From Pristiophorus japonicus (taxonomy: Eukaryota), in contig NC_092003.1 in assembly GCF_044704955.1 (NCBI RefSeq), positions 7,192,001 to 7,256,000 of the forward strand: a stretch of 64,000 nucleotides of DNA, given 5' to 3'. Of the stretch, positions 24,778 to 37,369 are shown in pieces. Both the position numbers and the translations under genes were made by a program. The notes beneath the pieces were generated by a model, which ran no database searches, was not told the origin of the DNA, and worked only from the letters and a program-made list of their open reading frames with translations. Within the stretch, counting starts at the first letter, position 1, and every line of letters begins with the position of its first letter.

Positions 24778-27217
24778 TGGGGACAGTGTAGAGGGAGCTT
24801 TACTCTGTATCTAACCCCGTGCTGTACCTGCCCTGGGAGTGTTTGATGGGACAGTGTAGAGGGAGCTTTACTCTGTATCTAACCCCCTGTACCTGCCCTG
24901 GGAGTGTTTGATGGGACAGTGTAGAGGGAGCTTTACTCTGTATCTAACCCCCCTGTACCTGCCCTGGGAGTGTTTGATGGGACAGTGTAGAGGGAGCTTT
25001 ACTCTGTATCTAACCCCCTGTACCTGCCCTGGGAGTGTTTGATGGGGACAGTGTAGAGGGAGCTTTACTCTGTATCTAACTCCCTGTACCTGCCCTGGGA
25101 GTGTTTGTTGGGACAGTGTAGAGGGAGCTTTACTCTGTATCTAACCCCGTGCTGTACCTGCCCTGGGAGTGTTTGATGGGACGGTGTAGAGGGAGCTTTA
25201 CTCTGTATCTAACCCCGTGCTGTACCTGCCCTGGGAGTGTTTGATGGGACGGTGTAGAGGGAGCTTTACTCTGTATCTAACCCCGTGCTGTACCTGCCCT
25301 GGGAGTGTTTGATGGGACAGTGTAGAGGGAGCTTTACTCTGCCTCTAACCCCGTGCTGTACCTGCCCTGGGAGTGTTTGATGGGACAGTGTAGAGAGAGC
25401 TTTACTCTGTATCTAACCCCCTGTACCTGCCCTGGGAGTGTTTGATGGGACAGTGTAGAGAGAGCTTTACTCTGTATCTAACCCCCTGTACCTGCCCTGG
25501 GAGTGTTTGATGGGACAGTGTAGAGGGAGCTGTACTCTGTATCTAACCCTGTGCTGTACCTGCCCTGGGAGTGTTTGATGAGACAGTGTAGAGGGAGCTT
25601 TACTCTGTATCTAACCCCCTTACCTGCCCTGGGAGTGTTTGATGGGACAGTGTAGAGGGAGTTTTACTCTGTATCTAACCCCGTGCTGTACCTGCCCTGG
25701 GAGTGTTTGATGGGGCAGTGAAGAGGGAGTTTTACTCTGTATCTAACCCCCTGTACCTGCCCTGGGAGTGTTTGATGGGACAGTGTAGAGGGAGCTTTAC
25801 TCTGTATCTAACCCCCTGTATCTGCCCTGGGAGTGTTTGATGGGACAGTGTAGAGGGAGCTTTACTCTGTATCTAACCCCCTGTACCTGCCCTGGGAGTG
25901 TTTGATGGGACAGTGTAGAGGGAGCTTTACTCTGTATCTAACCCCGTGCTGTACCTGCCCTGGGAGTGTGTGATGGGACAGTGTAGAGGGAGCTTTACTC
26001 TGTATCTAACCCCGTGCTGTACCTGCCCTGGGCGTGTTTGATGGGACAGTGTAGAGGGAGCTTTACTCTGTATCTAACCCCGTGCTGTACCTGCCGTGGG
26101 AGTGTTTGATGGGACAGTGTAGTGGGAGCTTTACTCTGTATCTAACCCCGTGCTGTACCTGCCCTGGGAGTGTGTGATGGGACAGTGTAGAGGGAGCTTT
26201 ACTCTGTACCTAACCCCGTGCTGTACCTGCCCTGGGAGTGTTTGATGGGACAGTGTAGAGGGAGCTTTACTCTGTATCTAACCCCGTGCTGTACCTGCCC
26301 TGGGAGTGTTTGATGGGACAGTGTAGAGGGAGCTTTACTCTGTATCTAACCTCATGCTGTACCTGCCCTGGGAGTGTTTGATGGGACAGTGTAGAGGGAG
26401 CTTTACTCTGTATCTAACCCCGTGCTGTACCTGCCCTGGGAGTGTTTGATGGGGACAGTGTAGAGGGAGCTTTACTCTGTATCTAACCCCCTGTACCTGC
26501 CCCGGGAGTGTTTGATGGGACAGTGTAGAGGGAGCTTTACTCTATATCTAACCCCCTGTACCTGCCCTGGGAGTGTTTGATGGGACAGTGTAGAGGGAGC
26601 TTTACTCTGTATCTAACCCCCTGTACCTGCCCTGGGAGTGTTTGATGGGACAGTGTAGAGGGAGCTTTACTCTGTATCTAACCCCCTGCACCTGCCCTGG
26701 GAGTGTTTGATGGGACAGTGTAGAGGGAGCTTTACTCTGTATCTAACCCCGTGTTGTACCTGCCCTGGGAGTGTTTGATGGGACAGTGTAGAGGGAGCTT
26801 TACTCTGTATCTAACCCCCTGTACCTGCCCTGGGAGTGTTTGATGGGACAGTGTAGAGGGAGCTTTACTCTGTATCTAACCCCGTGTTGTACCTGCCCTG
26901 GGAGTGTTTGATGGGACAGTGTAGAGGGAGCTTTACTCTATACCTAACCCCCTGTACCTGCCCTGGGAGTGTTTGATGGGACAGTGTAGAGGGAGCTTTA
27001 CTCTGTATCTAACCCCCTGTACCTGCCCTGGGAGTGTTTGATGGGACAGTGTAGAGGGAGCTTTACTCTGTATCTAACCCCCTGCACCTGCCCTGGGAGT
27101 GTTTGATGGGACAGTGTAGAGGGAGCTTTACTCTGTATCTAACCCCGTGTTGTACCTGCCCTGGGAGTGTTTGATGGGACAGTGTAGAGGGAGCTTTACT
27201 CTGTATCTAACCCCGTG
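24778..27217. repeat. 65-68-bp minisatellite, array 2 (inverted relative to arrays 1 and 3)
   Basis: Unit gggacagtgtagagggagctttactctgtatctaacccc(gtg)ctgtacctgccctgggagtgtttgat, about 36 copies. Confidence 0.95.
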
Positions 27218-27256
27218 CGTTGATCCGACTCCCTTTTTTTGAATTTTTCGGAAAAG

Positions 27257-28258
27257 GTCGTGTAAACAGGCATGGGAGTCGGGACCGGAATGTCATGAAA
27301 TGGTTCCTGGTTTGGAGACGCCGGGGTCTGCAGACGAGGGGAAGCGCCCACTGAGCGTGAGCGAAGATCGTGGTTTATGCCCGCTGGGCGGGGGCGAAGA
27401 TCAATGCTCGCACCTGCAGGATAAGGTCAAAGATCGTGGGTCGTGTCCCCAGGGCAGGGGCGAAGTTCAAGGGTCGTGCCCACATTGCAGCGCCGAAAAT
27501 CGTGGGTCGTGCCCACAGGCCAGGGGCGAAGTTCAAGGGTCGTGCCCGCAGGAGAGTGGCAAAGATGGCGGGCCGTGCGCCCTTGGCCACGGGCAAGGGT
27601 CGTGCCCCCACGCCAGGGGCGAAGGGCAAGGGTCGTGCCCCCACGCCAGGGGCGAAGGGCAAGGGTCCTGCCCCCATGCCAGGGACGAAGGGCAAGGGTC
27701 GTGCCCCCAGGCCAGGGGCGAAGGGCAAGGGTCGTGCCCCCAGGCCAGTGGCGAAGGGCAAGGGTCGTGCCCCCAGGCCAGGGGCGAAGGGCAAGGGTCG
27801 TGCCCCCAGGCCAGGGGCGAAGGGCTGACCTGGATGTGGGAGGGCTTCTCAGTCGATCGCTACGCCCCCCGCAGGAAGCCGGCGGCAGTGCAGGCGGCGG
27901 AGGCGGAGCCAGGCGGCGGGTCAAAGGTCGGCGGACTCTTCCACCTCGCCCGGCCGGAGAGGGGGGTCCGCGGGCGGCGGCAGCCGCGCGGGGGGAGGCC
28001 GCGGCCCAGCCACAGCCCCGGGACCTGCCGCCGCTGCTCAGCATGCACTAATCCCTCCCTCCGCCGCGACCCCCAGGTGGCGAAGCGGGCCGGCAACGGC
28101 GGGGAGGGGCCGTCCGCAATCCGGCCACCCCCGCCCCAGCCGGGGAATGTGTTAGAATCCGGGCCGCTGGCCACGCCCCTTGTCGCCCTGGCAACCAGCA
28201 GGCCAATCAGGCCACCGAAGTTCACCCAGCTGACCGAGAGACGTCACGAACTCATCAG
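27257..28258 (+). CDS. TSGA10IP: TSGA10IP-like candidate exon 3 (GSCPQARGEGQ repeats; 3' boundary uncertain)
   Basis: Acceptor at 27256 is in frame with ORF 27300-28262. Contains MWEGFSVDRY, reminiscent of the FAM161A MWxxFxVEDY segment. Possible donors after 28076 (phase 0) or 28258 (phase 2). Confidence 0.55.
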
Positions 28259-28329
28259 GTAACAAGCCGCGCCTCTTGCCAACCCTAGCGACGTCATCCG
28301 GGAGCTTGTCCCGCCCCGCCCCAACGCTG

Positions 28330-29030
28330 ATTGGTGGGCCCGGCGCGTCGCCTAAACCCGTCTCAGCCCTCTCACCATTGGCCCCGCGCTACGTCAATCA
28401 GCAAAAGCCATGTGGCCATTGGTCCGCTCTCGTTCCCGCCCCTTCCCCGCCATCATTGGTCCGTTTGTTGCGTCAATCAGCCCAGATCCTTCTTGCCATT
28501 GGTTGGTTCACGACCTGAAGAATTCCCGCCCTGATCCTCCAGCCATTGGTCGAGCCTGCGCGTCAATCAATTCAAAACCCTCTTGCCATTGGTTGCTCCC
28601 GAAATGTGACCTCATCCCGCCCCACGCTCCAGCCATTGGTTCGTTTGATGCGTCAATCAGACGACATCGTGCCTGCCATTGGTTGATTGGCGATGTGTAC
28701 TGTTCCCTCCCGCACGCTACTTTCATTGGTCCGCCCCGCACGTCAATCACATCCGACCGGTCGCTGCCATTGGTTGGTCCTCCAACTCAATTATTCCCGC
28801 CTTCGCTCTCCCCTCATTGGTCCGCTGCGGCGCATCAATCAGTCCAAATCCTTGCTGCTATTGGCTCGTCCGGACATGTCACTCAGCGCCGCTCCGGGCT
28901 TCCATTGGTCACTCAACCCGGCGCCCCGCCTCCCAGCCACCATTTGGGAGAAGGATGAGGCCCCGCCCTGTCCCACAGGCCCTTTCACCTCAGCTTTTCC
29001 ATTGCTGGTTCCCCATTGGCTGCGCGGTTG
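28330..29030. repeat. Degenerate 90-bp periodic CCAAT(ATTGG)/GTCAATCA array
   Basis: gtcaatca at 28472, 28562, 28652 and 28742, with about 15 ATTGG motifs in the region. Confidence 0.7.
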
Positions 29031-29219
29031 CCGGTGTTGTTGCCGGGGCTACGGGCGAGGGGGATTGTGGGGGGGGGGGGGGGAGAGTGACCAATGGGGT
29101 TGTCCCGTCACCGAGCCGCCCCGAGCTCGATGGGCCGAACGGCCGCCACCATTCCCCTCCCCCGGCGACGTCCCGTCGACCAATCCGCAGCTCCCCGGGC
29201 TCGCGGGTCCGACAGAGAC

Positions 29220-29900
29220 TGACTTACGTTTATATAGCGCCTTCCACGGCCACCACACGTCCCCAACGCGCTTTACGGCCAAAGGCGTACTGTTGGGAGT
29301 GCGTCCGCTGTTGTATTCTGGGAAACGCCAATAATGACCCGGATCATCGTTTTAGTGACGTTGGTTGAGGGATAAATATTGGCCCCAGGACACCGGGGAG
29401 AACTCCCCCTGCTCTTCTTCCAATAGTGGCCCCGGGATCTTTTACATCCACCCGAGAGGGCAGACGGGGCCTCGGTTTAACGTCTCATCCGAAAGACTGC
29501 ACCTCCGACAGTGCGGCGCTCCCTCAGTACCGCCCCTCCGACAGAGCGGCGCTCCCTCAGTACCGCCCCTCCGACAGTGCGGCGCTCCCTCAGTACTGCC
29601 CCTCCGACAGTGCGGCGCTCCCTCAGCACTGCCCCTCCGACAGTGCGGCACTCCCCCAGTACTGCCCCTCCGACAGTGCGGCGCTCCCTCAGCACTGCCC
29701 CTCCGACAGTGCGGCACTCCCTCAGTACTGCCCCTCCGACAGTGCGGCACTCCCTCAGTACTGCCCCTCCGACAGTGTGGTGCTCCCTCAGTACTGCCCC
29801 TCCGACAATGCGGCGCTCCCTCAGTACTGCCCCTCCGACAGTGTGGCGCTCCCTCAGCACTGCCCCTCCGACAGTGCGGCACTCCCTCAGTACCGCCGCG
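29220..29900 (-). mobile_element. Deu-type SINE with 33-bp array (29502-29895)
   Basis: tttatatagcgcc tail, shared SINE body and about 12 array units. Confidence 0.75.
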
Positions 29901-30647
29901 AGGGAGAGATACACACAGCTGGAACCTCTCATTTTCCCTCTCGTGCATCATTGGTGCCTTCGAGCGCCGTACACCCTTCCCCTCGAGCCAGGCCAGGGTC
30001 TGGCTGTACCAAACCTGTGTCTGCCTCCGCCCACACTTCATCAACTGCTCCGCTCCTCGTACTCCAGCCTCTTGTCGCAACCCTTTGCCCCACCTGTGGC
30101 AGCCTTGTCTTCACCTCCGAGACCCCCACGTGCGTGTGCAATCACTTTGCGGCACCTCATTGGCTGTAAAAGGCTTTGGGAGGCCATGAAATTGTGACAG
30201 GCGCTATCTCAATGCAAGTCCTATCTCATTGAAACACACAGGCCGATATTCTCTAGAGTTTAGAAGAATGAGAGGTGATCTCATTGAAACACACACAATT
30301 CTTACAGGGGGCTTGACAGGGTAGATGCAGGGAGGGTGTTTCCCCCCCGGGGCTGGGGAGTCTAGAACCAGGGGTCACACAGTCTCAGGATAAGGGGGCG
30401 GCCATTGAGGACTGAGATGAGGAGGGATTTCTTCACTCAGAGGGTGGTGAATCTTTGGAATTCTCTGCCCCAGAGGGCAGTGGAGGCTCAGTCATTGAGA
30501 GTATTCAAGGCCGGGATCAATAGATTTTTTGGATGTTAAGGGAGTCGAGGGAAAGTGGAGTTGAGGTCGAAGGTCAGCCCTGATCTCATTGGAAGGCGGA
30601 GCAGGCTCGAGGGGCCGAATGGCCGGCTCCTGCTCCTAACTCTTCAG

Positions 30648-30969
30648 CCCTTTCTTCCCAAGGCCCTCCCCGAGTGAAACCCGACAGCCCTGCTGCTCTC
30701 GGCATTGTACCAATACATCTGGCCTTCAACTTGCTCCGGATTTGTGCTCCAACCTGTCGGAAGCAGCCCGCCACGAGCCAGAAGGAAACTGCCCAGCCAG
30801 GTGGCTCCCTCTCACCGGGTCTCCCTCGCTCCAGGGCAGAGGGAGTGTCCGCTGCCCAGGTCCCGCCATCTTGCCTCGCGGCTGTGCACACCCGCATCTG
30901 TAACGTCGGAGAGCTTCCCGCCGTGCTTCGCAAAGGCGCGAGGGGAAAAATGGCAGGTCGAGCGACAGA
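30648..30969 (+). CDS. TSGA10IP-like candidate internal exon (low confidence)
   Basis: tcttcag| acceptor. Frame ...ELPAVLRKGARGKMAGRAT ends ga|gtaaat (phase 2), matching the exon at 35097. A possible preceding exon at ~29919-30129 would supply phase 1. Confidence 0.35.
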
Positions 30970-31074
30970 GTAAATGCCACGCGGGGATGAAAGAGGTGTT
31001 TCCTTTTGAGAAAGAGTGTCTTAAAAGAGGGAAGGGAGGAGTAGTTGCGGCAAATTGCAGCAAAGCATTTAAGG

Positions 31075-31392
31075 GGAGGCTTGATAAAGTGCAACATCCC
31101 CCACCGACACCTGGGAGTCCCTGGGCCCAAAGACCAGTCCGCCCTAAGTGGAGGAAGTGCATCCGGGAGGGCGCTGAGCTCCTCGAGTCTCGTCGCCGAG
31201 AGCGTGCAGAGACCAAGCGCAGGCAGCGGAAGGAGCGTGCGGCAAACCAGTCCCACCCTCCCCTTCCCTCGACCACTGTCTGTCCCACCTGTGACAGGGA
31301 CTGTGGTTCCCGTATTGGGCTGTTCAGCCACCTCAGGACTCACTTTTAGAGTGGAAGCAAGTCCTCTATTTCGAGGGACGGCCGATGGTGAT
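31075..31392 (+). mobile_element. RTE LINE 3' fragment
   Basis: C-terminal zinc-finger [21 protein letters not shown] and RTE tail. Confidence 0.85.
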
Positions 31393-31589
31393 GAGATAAA
31401 CACAGGAGGGAGAAAGGGCGATGTTGATGGAGTGAGATGGAGAGGGATGGGCGGAGACTCGTGTGGGGCGTAAACCCCGGCGCGGAGCAGTTGGGCTAAA
31501 TGTTTCTGTGCAGTGAACTCTACGTAATGCACGGCTGACGGCCGAGGGGTGGGGCCAAGGGAGTGGGAGGCGCACAAGAGGCCAGAATT

Positions 31590-33470
31590 GGGGAAAGGTA
31601 GAGTTGTGTGCGGCTGGAGGGGTTGGGGCGGTGCGAGGAGAGATTTGAAAACAAGGGTGAGAATTTTGAAATCGAGGCGTTGCTTAACCGGGAGCCAGTG
31701 TCGGTCAGCGAGCACCGGGGGTGATGGGTGAGAGAGACTGGGTACGAGTTAGGACACGGGGCAGCGAGCACAGGGGGTGATGGGTGAGCGGGACTCGGTG
31801 TGAGTTAGGACACGGGGCAGCGAGCACAGGGGGTGATGGGTGAGCGGGACTCGGTGTGAGTTAGGACACGGGGCAGCGAGCACCGGGGGTGATGGGTGAG
31901 CGGGACTCGGTGCGAGTTGGGACACGGGGCAGCGAGCACAGGGGGTGATGGGTGAGTGGGACTCGGTGCGAGTTAGGACACGGGGCAGCGAGCACAGGGG
32001 GTGATGGGTGAGCGGGACTCGGTGTGAGTTAGGACACGGGGCAGCGAGCACAGGAGGTGATGGGTGAGCGGGACTCGGTGCGAGTTAAGACACGGGGCAG
32101 TGAGCACAGGGGGTGATGGGTGAGCGGGACTCGGTGCGAGTTAGGACATGGGGCAGTGAGCACAGGGGGTGACGGGTGAGCGGGACTCGGTGCGAGTTAG
32201 GACACGGGGCAGTGAGCACAGGGGGTGACGGGTGAGCGGGACTCGGTGTGAGTTAGGACACGGGGTCAGCGAGCACAGGGGGTGATGGGTGAGCGGGACT
32301 CGGTGCGAGTTAGGACACGGGGCAGCGAGCACAGGGGGTGATGGGTGAGCGGGACTCGGTGTGAGTTAGGACACGGGGTCAGCGAGCACAGGGGGTGATG
32401 GGTGAGCGGGACTCGGTGCGAGTTAGGACATGGGGCAGTGAGCACAGGGGGTGACGGGTGAGCGGGACTCGGTGCGAGTTAGGACACGGGGTCAGCAAGC
32501 ACAGAGGGTGACGGGTGAGCGGGACTCGGTGCGAGTTAGGACACGGGGGCAGCGAGCACAGGGCGTGATGGGTGAGTGGGACTCGGTGCGAGTTAGGACA
32601 CGGGGGCAGCGAGCACAGGGGGTGATGGGTGAGTGGGACTCGGCGCGAGTTAGGACACGGGGCAGTGAGCACAGGGGGTGATGGGTGAGCGGGACTCGGT
32701 GCGAGTTAGGACACGGGGGCAGCGAGCACAGGGCGTGATGGGTGAGTGGGACTCGGTGCGAGTTAGGACACGGGGTCAGCGAGCACAGGGGGTGATGGGT
32801 GAGCGGGACTGGGTGCGAGTTAGGACACGGGGGCAGTGAGCACAGAGGGTGATGGGTGAGTGGGACTCGGTGCGAGTTAGGACACGGGGGCAGCGAGCAC
32901 AGGGCGTGATGGGTGAGTGGGACTCGGTGCGAGTTAGGACAAGGGGCAGCGAGCACAGAGGGTGATGGGTGAGCGGGACTGGGTGCGAGTTAGGACACGA
33001 GCAGCCACGTTTTGGATCGCCTCTAGTTTATTTAGCGTAGCGTGTGGGAGGCCGGCCAGGAGCGCGTTGCAACAGTCAAGTCTGGAGGTAACAGAGGCAC
33101 GGATGAGGGCTTCAGCAGCGGATGAGCTGAGGCAGGGGGCGGAGACAGGGCGATGTTAGGAAGGTGGAAGTGGGCGTCCTCGAGGATAAGGGGCGGGATT
33201 CTGAGCTCAGGGCCAAGCAGGACACCGAGCTTGTGGGCAGCCTCAGCCAGCTGCCAGGGACAGGGGGACAGAACCGGTGGCTGGGGAACGGAGTCTGGGG
33301 CAGGGTTCGAAGACAATGGCTTCGGGCTTCACACATTTGACACGTCCAGTGTCGGTGAAGACGGCTGAATGGGGGAAAAAGGGGAGAGGTGGAGCTGGGT
33401 GTCGTCATACATGGAACCCCCCACCCCCCACCCTGCTAAGATTGCATCTGATGTCACCGAGAGGCAGCGT
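31590..33470 (-). mobile_element. L2 LINE 3' fragment containing a 56-57-bp tandem array (31715-33000)
   Basis: HWLPVKQRLDFKILTLVFKSL is the L2 ORF2 C-terminus. The array unit is the L2 segment encoding RVLTRTESRSPITP. Confidence 0.85.
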
Positions 33471-33496
33471 ATAGAAAGACATGCGAGTGAGAAAAA

Positions 33497-35025
33497 CAGG
33501 GTATTGGTGAGGCCACACCTGGAGTACTGCGTGCAGTTTTGGTTTCCATATTTACGAAAGGATACACTTGCTTTGGACGCAGTTCAGAGAAGGTTCACTC
33601 GGTTGATTCCGGGGATGAGGGGGTTGACTTATGAGGAAAGGTTGAGGAGGTTGGGCCTCTACTCATTGGAATTCAGAAGAATGAGAGGTGATCTTATCGA
33701 GACGTATAAGATTATGAGGGGGCTCGACAAGGTGGATGCAGAGAGGATGTTTCCACTGATGGGGGGAGACTAGAACTAGGGTTGGGGGTAATATATTAGC
33801 ATGGATAGAGGATTGGCTAACTAACAGAAAACAGAGAGTCGGGATAAATGGTTCATTCTCGGGTTGGCAAACCAGTAACTAGTGGGGTGCCGCAGGGATC
33901 AGTGCTGGGACCCCAACTATTTACAATCTATATTAACGACTTGGAAGAAGGGACTGAGTGTAACGGAGCCAAGTTTACTGATGATACAAAGATGGGAGGA
34001 AAAGCAATGTGTGAGGAGGTCACAAAAAATCTGCAAAAGGACATAGACAGGCTAAGTGAGTGGGCAAAAATTTGGCAGATGGAGTATAATGTTGGAAAGT
34101 GTGAGGTCATGCACTTTGGCAGAAAAAAAATCAAAGAGCAAGCTATTATTTAAATGGAGAAAGATTGCAAAGTGCCGCAGTACAGCGGGACCTGGGGGTA
34201 CTTGTGCATGAAACACAAAAGGATAGTATGCAGGTACAGCAAGTGATCAGGAAGGCCAATGTATCTTGGCCTTTATTGCAAAGGGGATGGAGTATAAAAG
34301 CAGGGAAGTCTTGCTACAGTTATACAGGGTATTGGTGAGGCCACACCTGGAGTACTGCGTGCAGTTTTGGTTTCCATATTTATGAAAGGATATACTTGCT
34401 TTGGAGGCAGTTCAGAGAAGGTTCACTCGGTTGATTCCGGGGATGAGGGGGTTGACTTATGAGGAAAGGTTGAGGAGGTTGGGCCTCTACTCATTGGAAT
34501 TCAGAAGAATGAGAGGTGATCTTATCGCAACGTATAAGATTATGAGGGAGCTCGACAAGGTGGATGCAGAGAGGATGTTTCCACTGATGGGGGAGACTAG
34601 AACTAGGGGGCATGGTCTTAGAATAAGGGGCCGCCCATTTAAAACTGAGATGAGGAGAAATTTCTTCTCTCGGAGGGTTGTAAATCTGGAATTTACTGCC
34701 TCAGAGAGCTGTGGAGGCTGGGACATTGAATATATTTAAGGCAGAGATAGACAGTTTCTTAACCGATCATCATCATAGGCAGTCCCTCGGAATCGAGGAA
34801 GACTTGCTTCCTTTTAAACATGAGTCCTTAGGTGGCTGAACAGTCCAATACAAGAACCACAGACTCTGTCACAGGTGGGACAGACAGTGGATTAAGGGGT
34901 TATGGGGAGCGGGCGGGGAAGTGGACCTGAGTCCATGATCGGATCAGCCATGATCGTATTAAATGGCGGAGCAGGCTCGAGGGGCCGAATGGCCGACTCC
35001 TGCTGCTATTTCTTATGTTCTTATG
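33497..35025 (+). mobile_element. CR1 fragments with a short RTE tail insertion (34767-34890, minus)
   Basis: Repeated [11 protein letters not shown] and QGSVLGP peptides; catcatcataggcagtccctcggaatcgagg insert. Confidence 0.85.
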
Positions 35026-35096
35026 AATGATGATACTTTAAAAAAAAATCGATCCAACATTGACGCCCACTTAACCCCTTCCGGTTTTTCATCCAG

Positions 35097-35264
35097 AAAG
35101 ACCATTCTGGAGAAAGAGAGGAACGAACTGATGGAGAGAAAGAGACTCAAAAAGGAGGTGGTGAAACGGAGGACGATCGAGAGGCAGATCGCTGCCCGAC
35201 TGTCCGTGTGTGAGGTGGAGAGCCACAGGAAGAAGCAGGCCCGGAGAAGGCTGCACTTGTTCAG
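35097..35264 (+). CDS. TSGA10IP: TSGA10IP-like coiled-coil exon
   Basis: ttttcatccag| and ag|gtggga. Encodes KTILEKERNELMERKRLKKEVVKRRTIERQIAARLSVCEVESHRKKQARRRLHLF, phase 2 to 2. Confidence 0.8.
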
Positions 35265-36641
35265 GTGGGAACCGGTGTCACACACAATCCCGTCTCTCAG
35301 GTCACGGACTTCCCGGGGGCCCAGCGAGGGAGCGCAGCTGGGCGAGCGAGGATTCCCCACTGCACAGAGATCAGGGCATTCTTGATTGGCCTTTAGCATA
35401 AAAGCAGAGAAGTCCTGCCACAACTGCACAGAGCGTTGGGGAGGCCACACCTGGAGTACTGTGTGCAGTTTTGGTCTCCGTATTTAAGGAAGGATATACT
35501 TGCATTGGAGGCGGTTCAGAGAAGGTTCACTCGGTTGATTCCTGAGATGGTTGGCAGACAGGAAGCAGAGAGTGAGGAATAAATGGCAGGCAGTGACTAG
35601 TGGAGTGCCGCAGGGCTCAGTGCTGGGACCCCAGCTATTTACAATATACATTAACGATTTAGACGAAGGAATTGAGTGTAATATCTCCAAGTTTGCAGAT
35701 GACGCTAAGCTGGGTGGCGGTGTGAGCTGTGAGGAGGACGCTAAGAGGCTGCAGGGTGACTTGGACAGGTTAGGTGAGTGGGCAAATGCATGGCAGATGC
35801 AGTATAATGTGGATAAATGTGAGGTTATCCACTTTGGGGGCAAAAACAGGAAGGCAGAATATTATCTGAATGGTGACAGATTAGGAAAAGGGGAGGTGCA
35901 ACGAGACCTGGGTGTCATGGTACATCAGTCATTGAAGGTTGGCATGCAGGTACAGCAGGCGGTGAAGAAAGCAAATGGCATGTTGGCCTTCATAGCGAGA
36001 GGATTTGAGTATAGGAGCAGGGAGGTCTTACTGCAGTTGTGCAGGGATTTGGTGAGGCCTCACCTTGAATATTGTGTTCAGTTTTGGTCTCCTAATCTGA
36101 GGAAGGACATTCTTGCTACTGAGGGAGTGCAGTGAAGGTTCACCAGACTGATTCCCGGGATGGCAGGACTGACATATGAAGAAAGACTGGATCGACTAGG
36201 CTTATAGTCACTGGAATTTAGAAGAATGAGAAGGGATCTCATAGAAACGTATAAAATTCTGACGGGATTGGACAGGTTAGATGCAGGAAGAATGTACCCG
36301 ATGTTGGGGAAGTCCAGAACCAGGGGTCACAGTCTAAGGATAAGGGGTAGGCCATTTAGGACCGAGATGAGGAGAAACTTCTTCACTCAGAGAATTGTGA
36401 ACCTGTGGAATTCTCTACCACAGAAAGTTGTTGAGGCCAGTTCGTTAGATATATTCAAAAGGGAGTTAGATGTGGCCCTTACGGCTAAAGGGATCAGGGG
36501 GTATGGAGAGAAAGCAGGAATGGGGTACTGAAGTTGCATGATCAGCCATGATCATATTGAATGGTGGTGCAGGCTCGAAGGGCCGAATGGCCTCCTCCTG
36601 CACCTATTTTCTATGTTTCTGAGATGAAGGGGTTGTCTTAT

Positions 36642-37060
36642 TGTTAAGTACGGAAGAACTTCACAAGACTGAGTACTGTGAGCTAAAACTGACGTGACCT
36701 TAGTCTTTTTAATACAACTCAAGAGTGCCGAAGCAGTCTGGCAGACAACCTTTAATACTCCCTTGCACGAGGTGTGTGTTATGGATGCAAATCTCACCAA
36801 TGGTAAGACTTGCCACCAGGGGGCACACCTGTGGGAGACCTAAGGGTCACTTGGGCAAGCAGGTATAAAAGGCGGTCCACCACACTGCTGCCTCACTTTG
36901 GAGTTACGTTAAAGAGACCAAGGTCACAATGGTTTGAGCTTACAACACAGTCTCGTGGAGTTATTCTGAACATAACAGTGTGCAGGTGACCCTTGGGGCT
37001 CCAACAGTTGCGCCCTCTGGTGGCAACTTTTACACAGTTACAATGTTTACATACGTAACA
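36642..37060 (-). mobile_element. Solo LTR (outer), 5-bp TSD CTTAT
   Basis: TGTTA...TAACA termini; cttat at 36637-36641 and 37061-37065. Confidence 0.85.
36777..36977 (+). mobile_element. Solo LTR (201 bp) nested in the outer LTR, 5-bp TSD GTGTG
   Basis: TGTTAT...ATAACA termini, TATAAAA box, gtgtg on both sides. Confidence 0.85.
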
Positions 37061-37125
37061 CTTATGAAGAAAGGTTGAGCAGATTGGGCCTGTACTCATT
37101 GGAGTTTAGAAGAATGAGAGGTGAT

Positions 37126-37369
37126 TGTCCTGTATCTCACACTACTGTACATGACTGTAACTGGATATGACCTGTAACCACAAGCATACCTTACCACCAG
37201 GGGGTATACTTGCAGGAGACACTGCATACCTGTTCCACACAGGTATATAAAGGCAGGTCTCAGGCAAGTGTGGCACTCGAGAGCTATGAAATAAAGGTGC
37301 AGGTCCAGAGTCACCTTGACTTCAGCGTGTGCCTCGTGTAAGTCTGTACTGTAGGGTCAGGACTTTACA
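37126..37369 (+). mobile_element. Solo LTR (244 bp), 5-bp TSD GTGAT
   Basis: TG...CA termini, TATATAAA and AATAAA; gtgat at 37121-37125 and 37370-37374. Confidence 0.85.

Noticed and set aside
24778-27217. CRISPR-like appearance of regular arrays
   Set aside because: Head-to-tail units with no unique spacers, no cas genes, vertebrate context.
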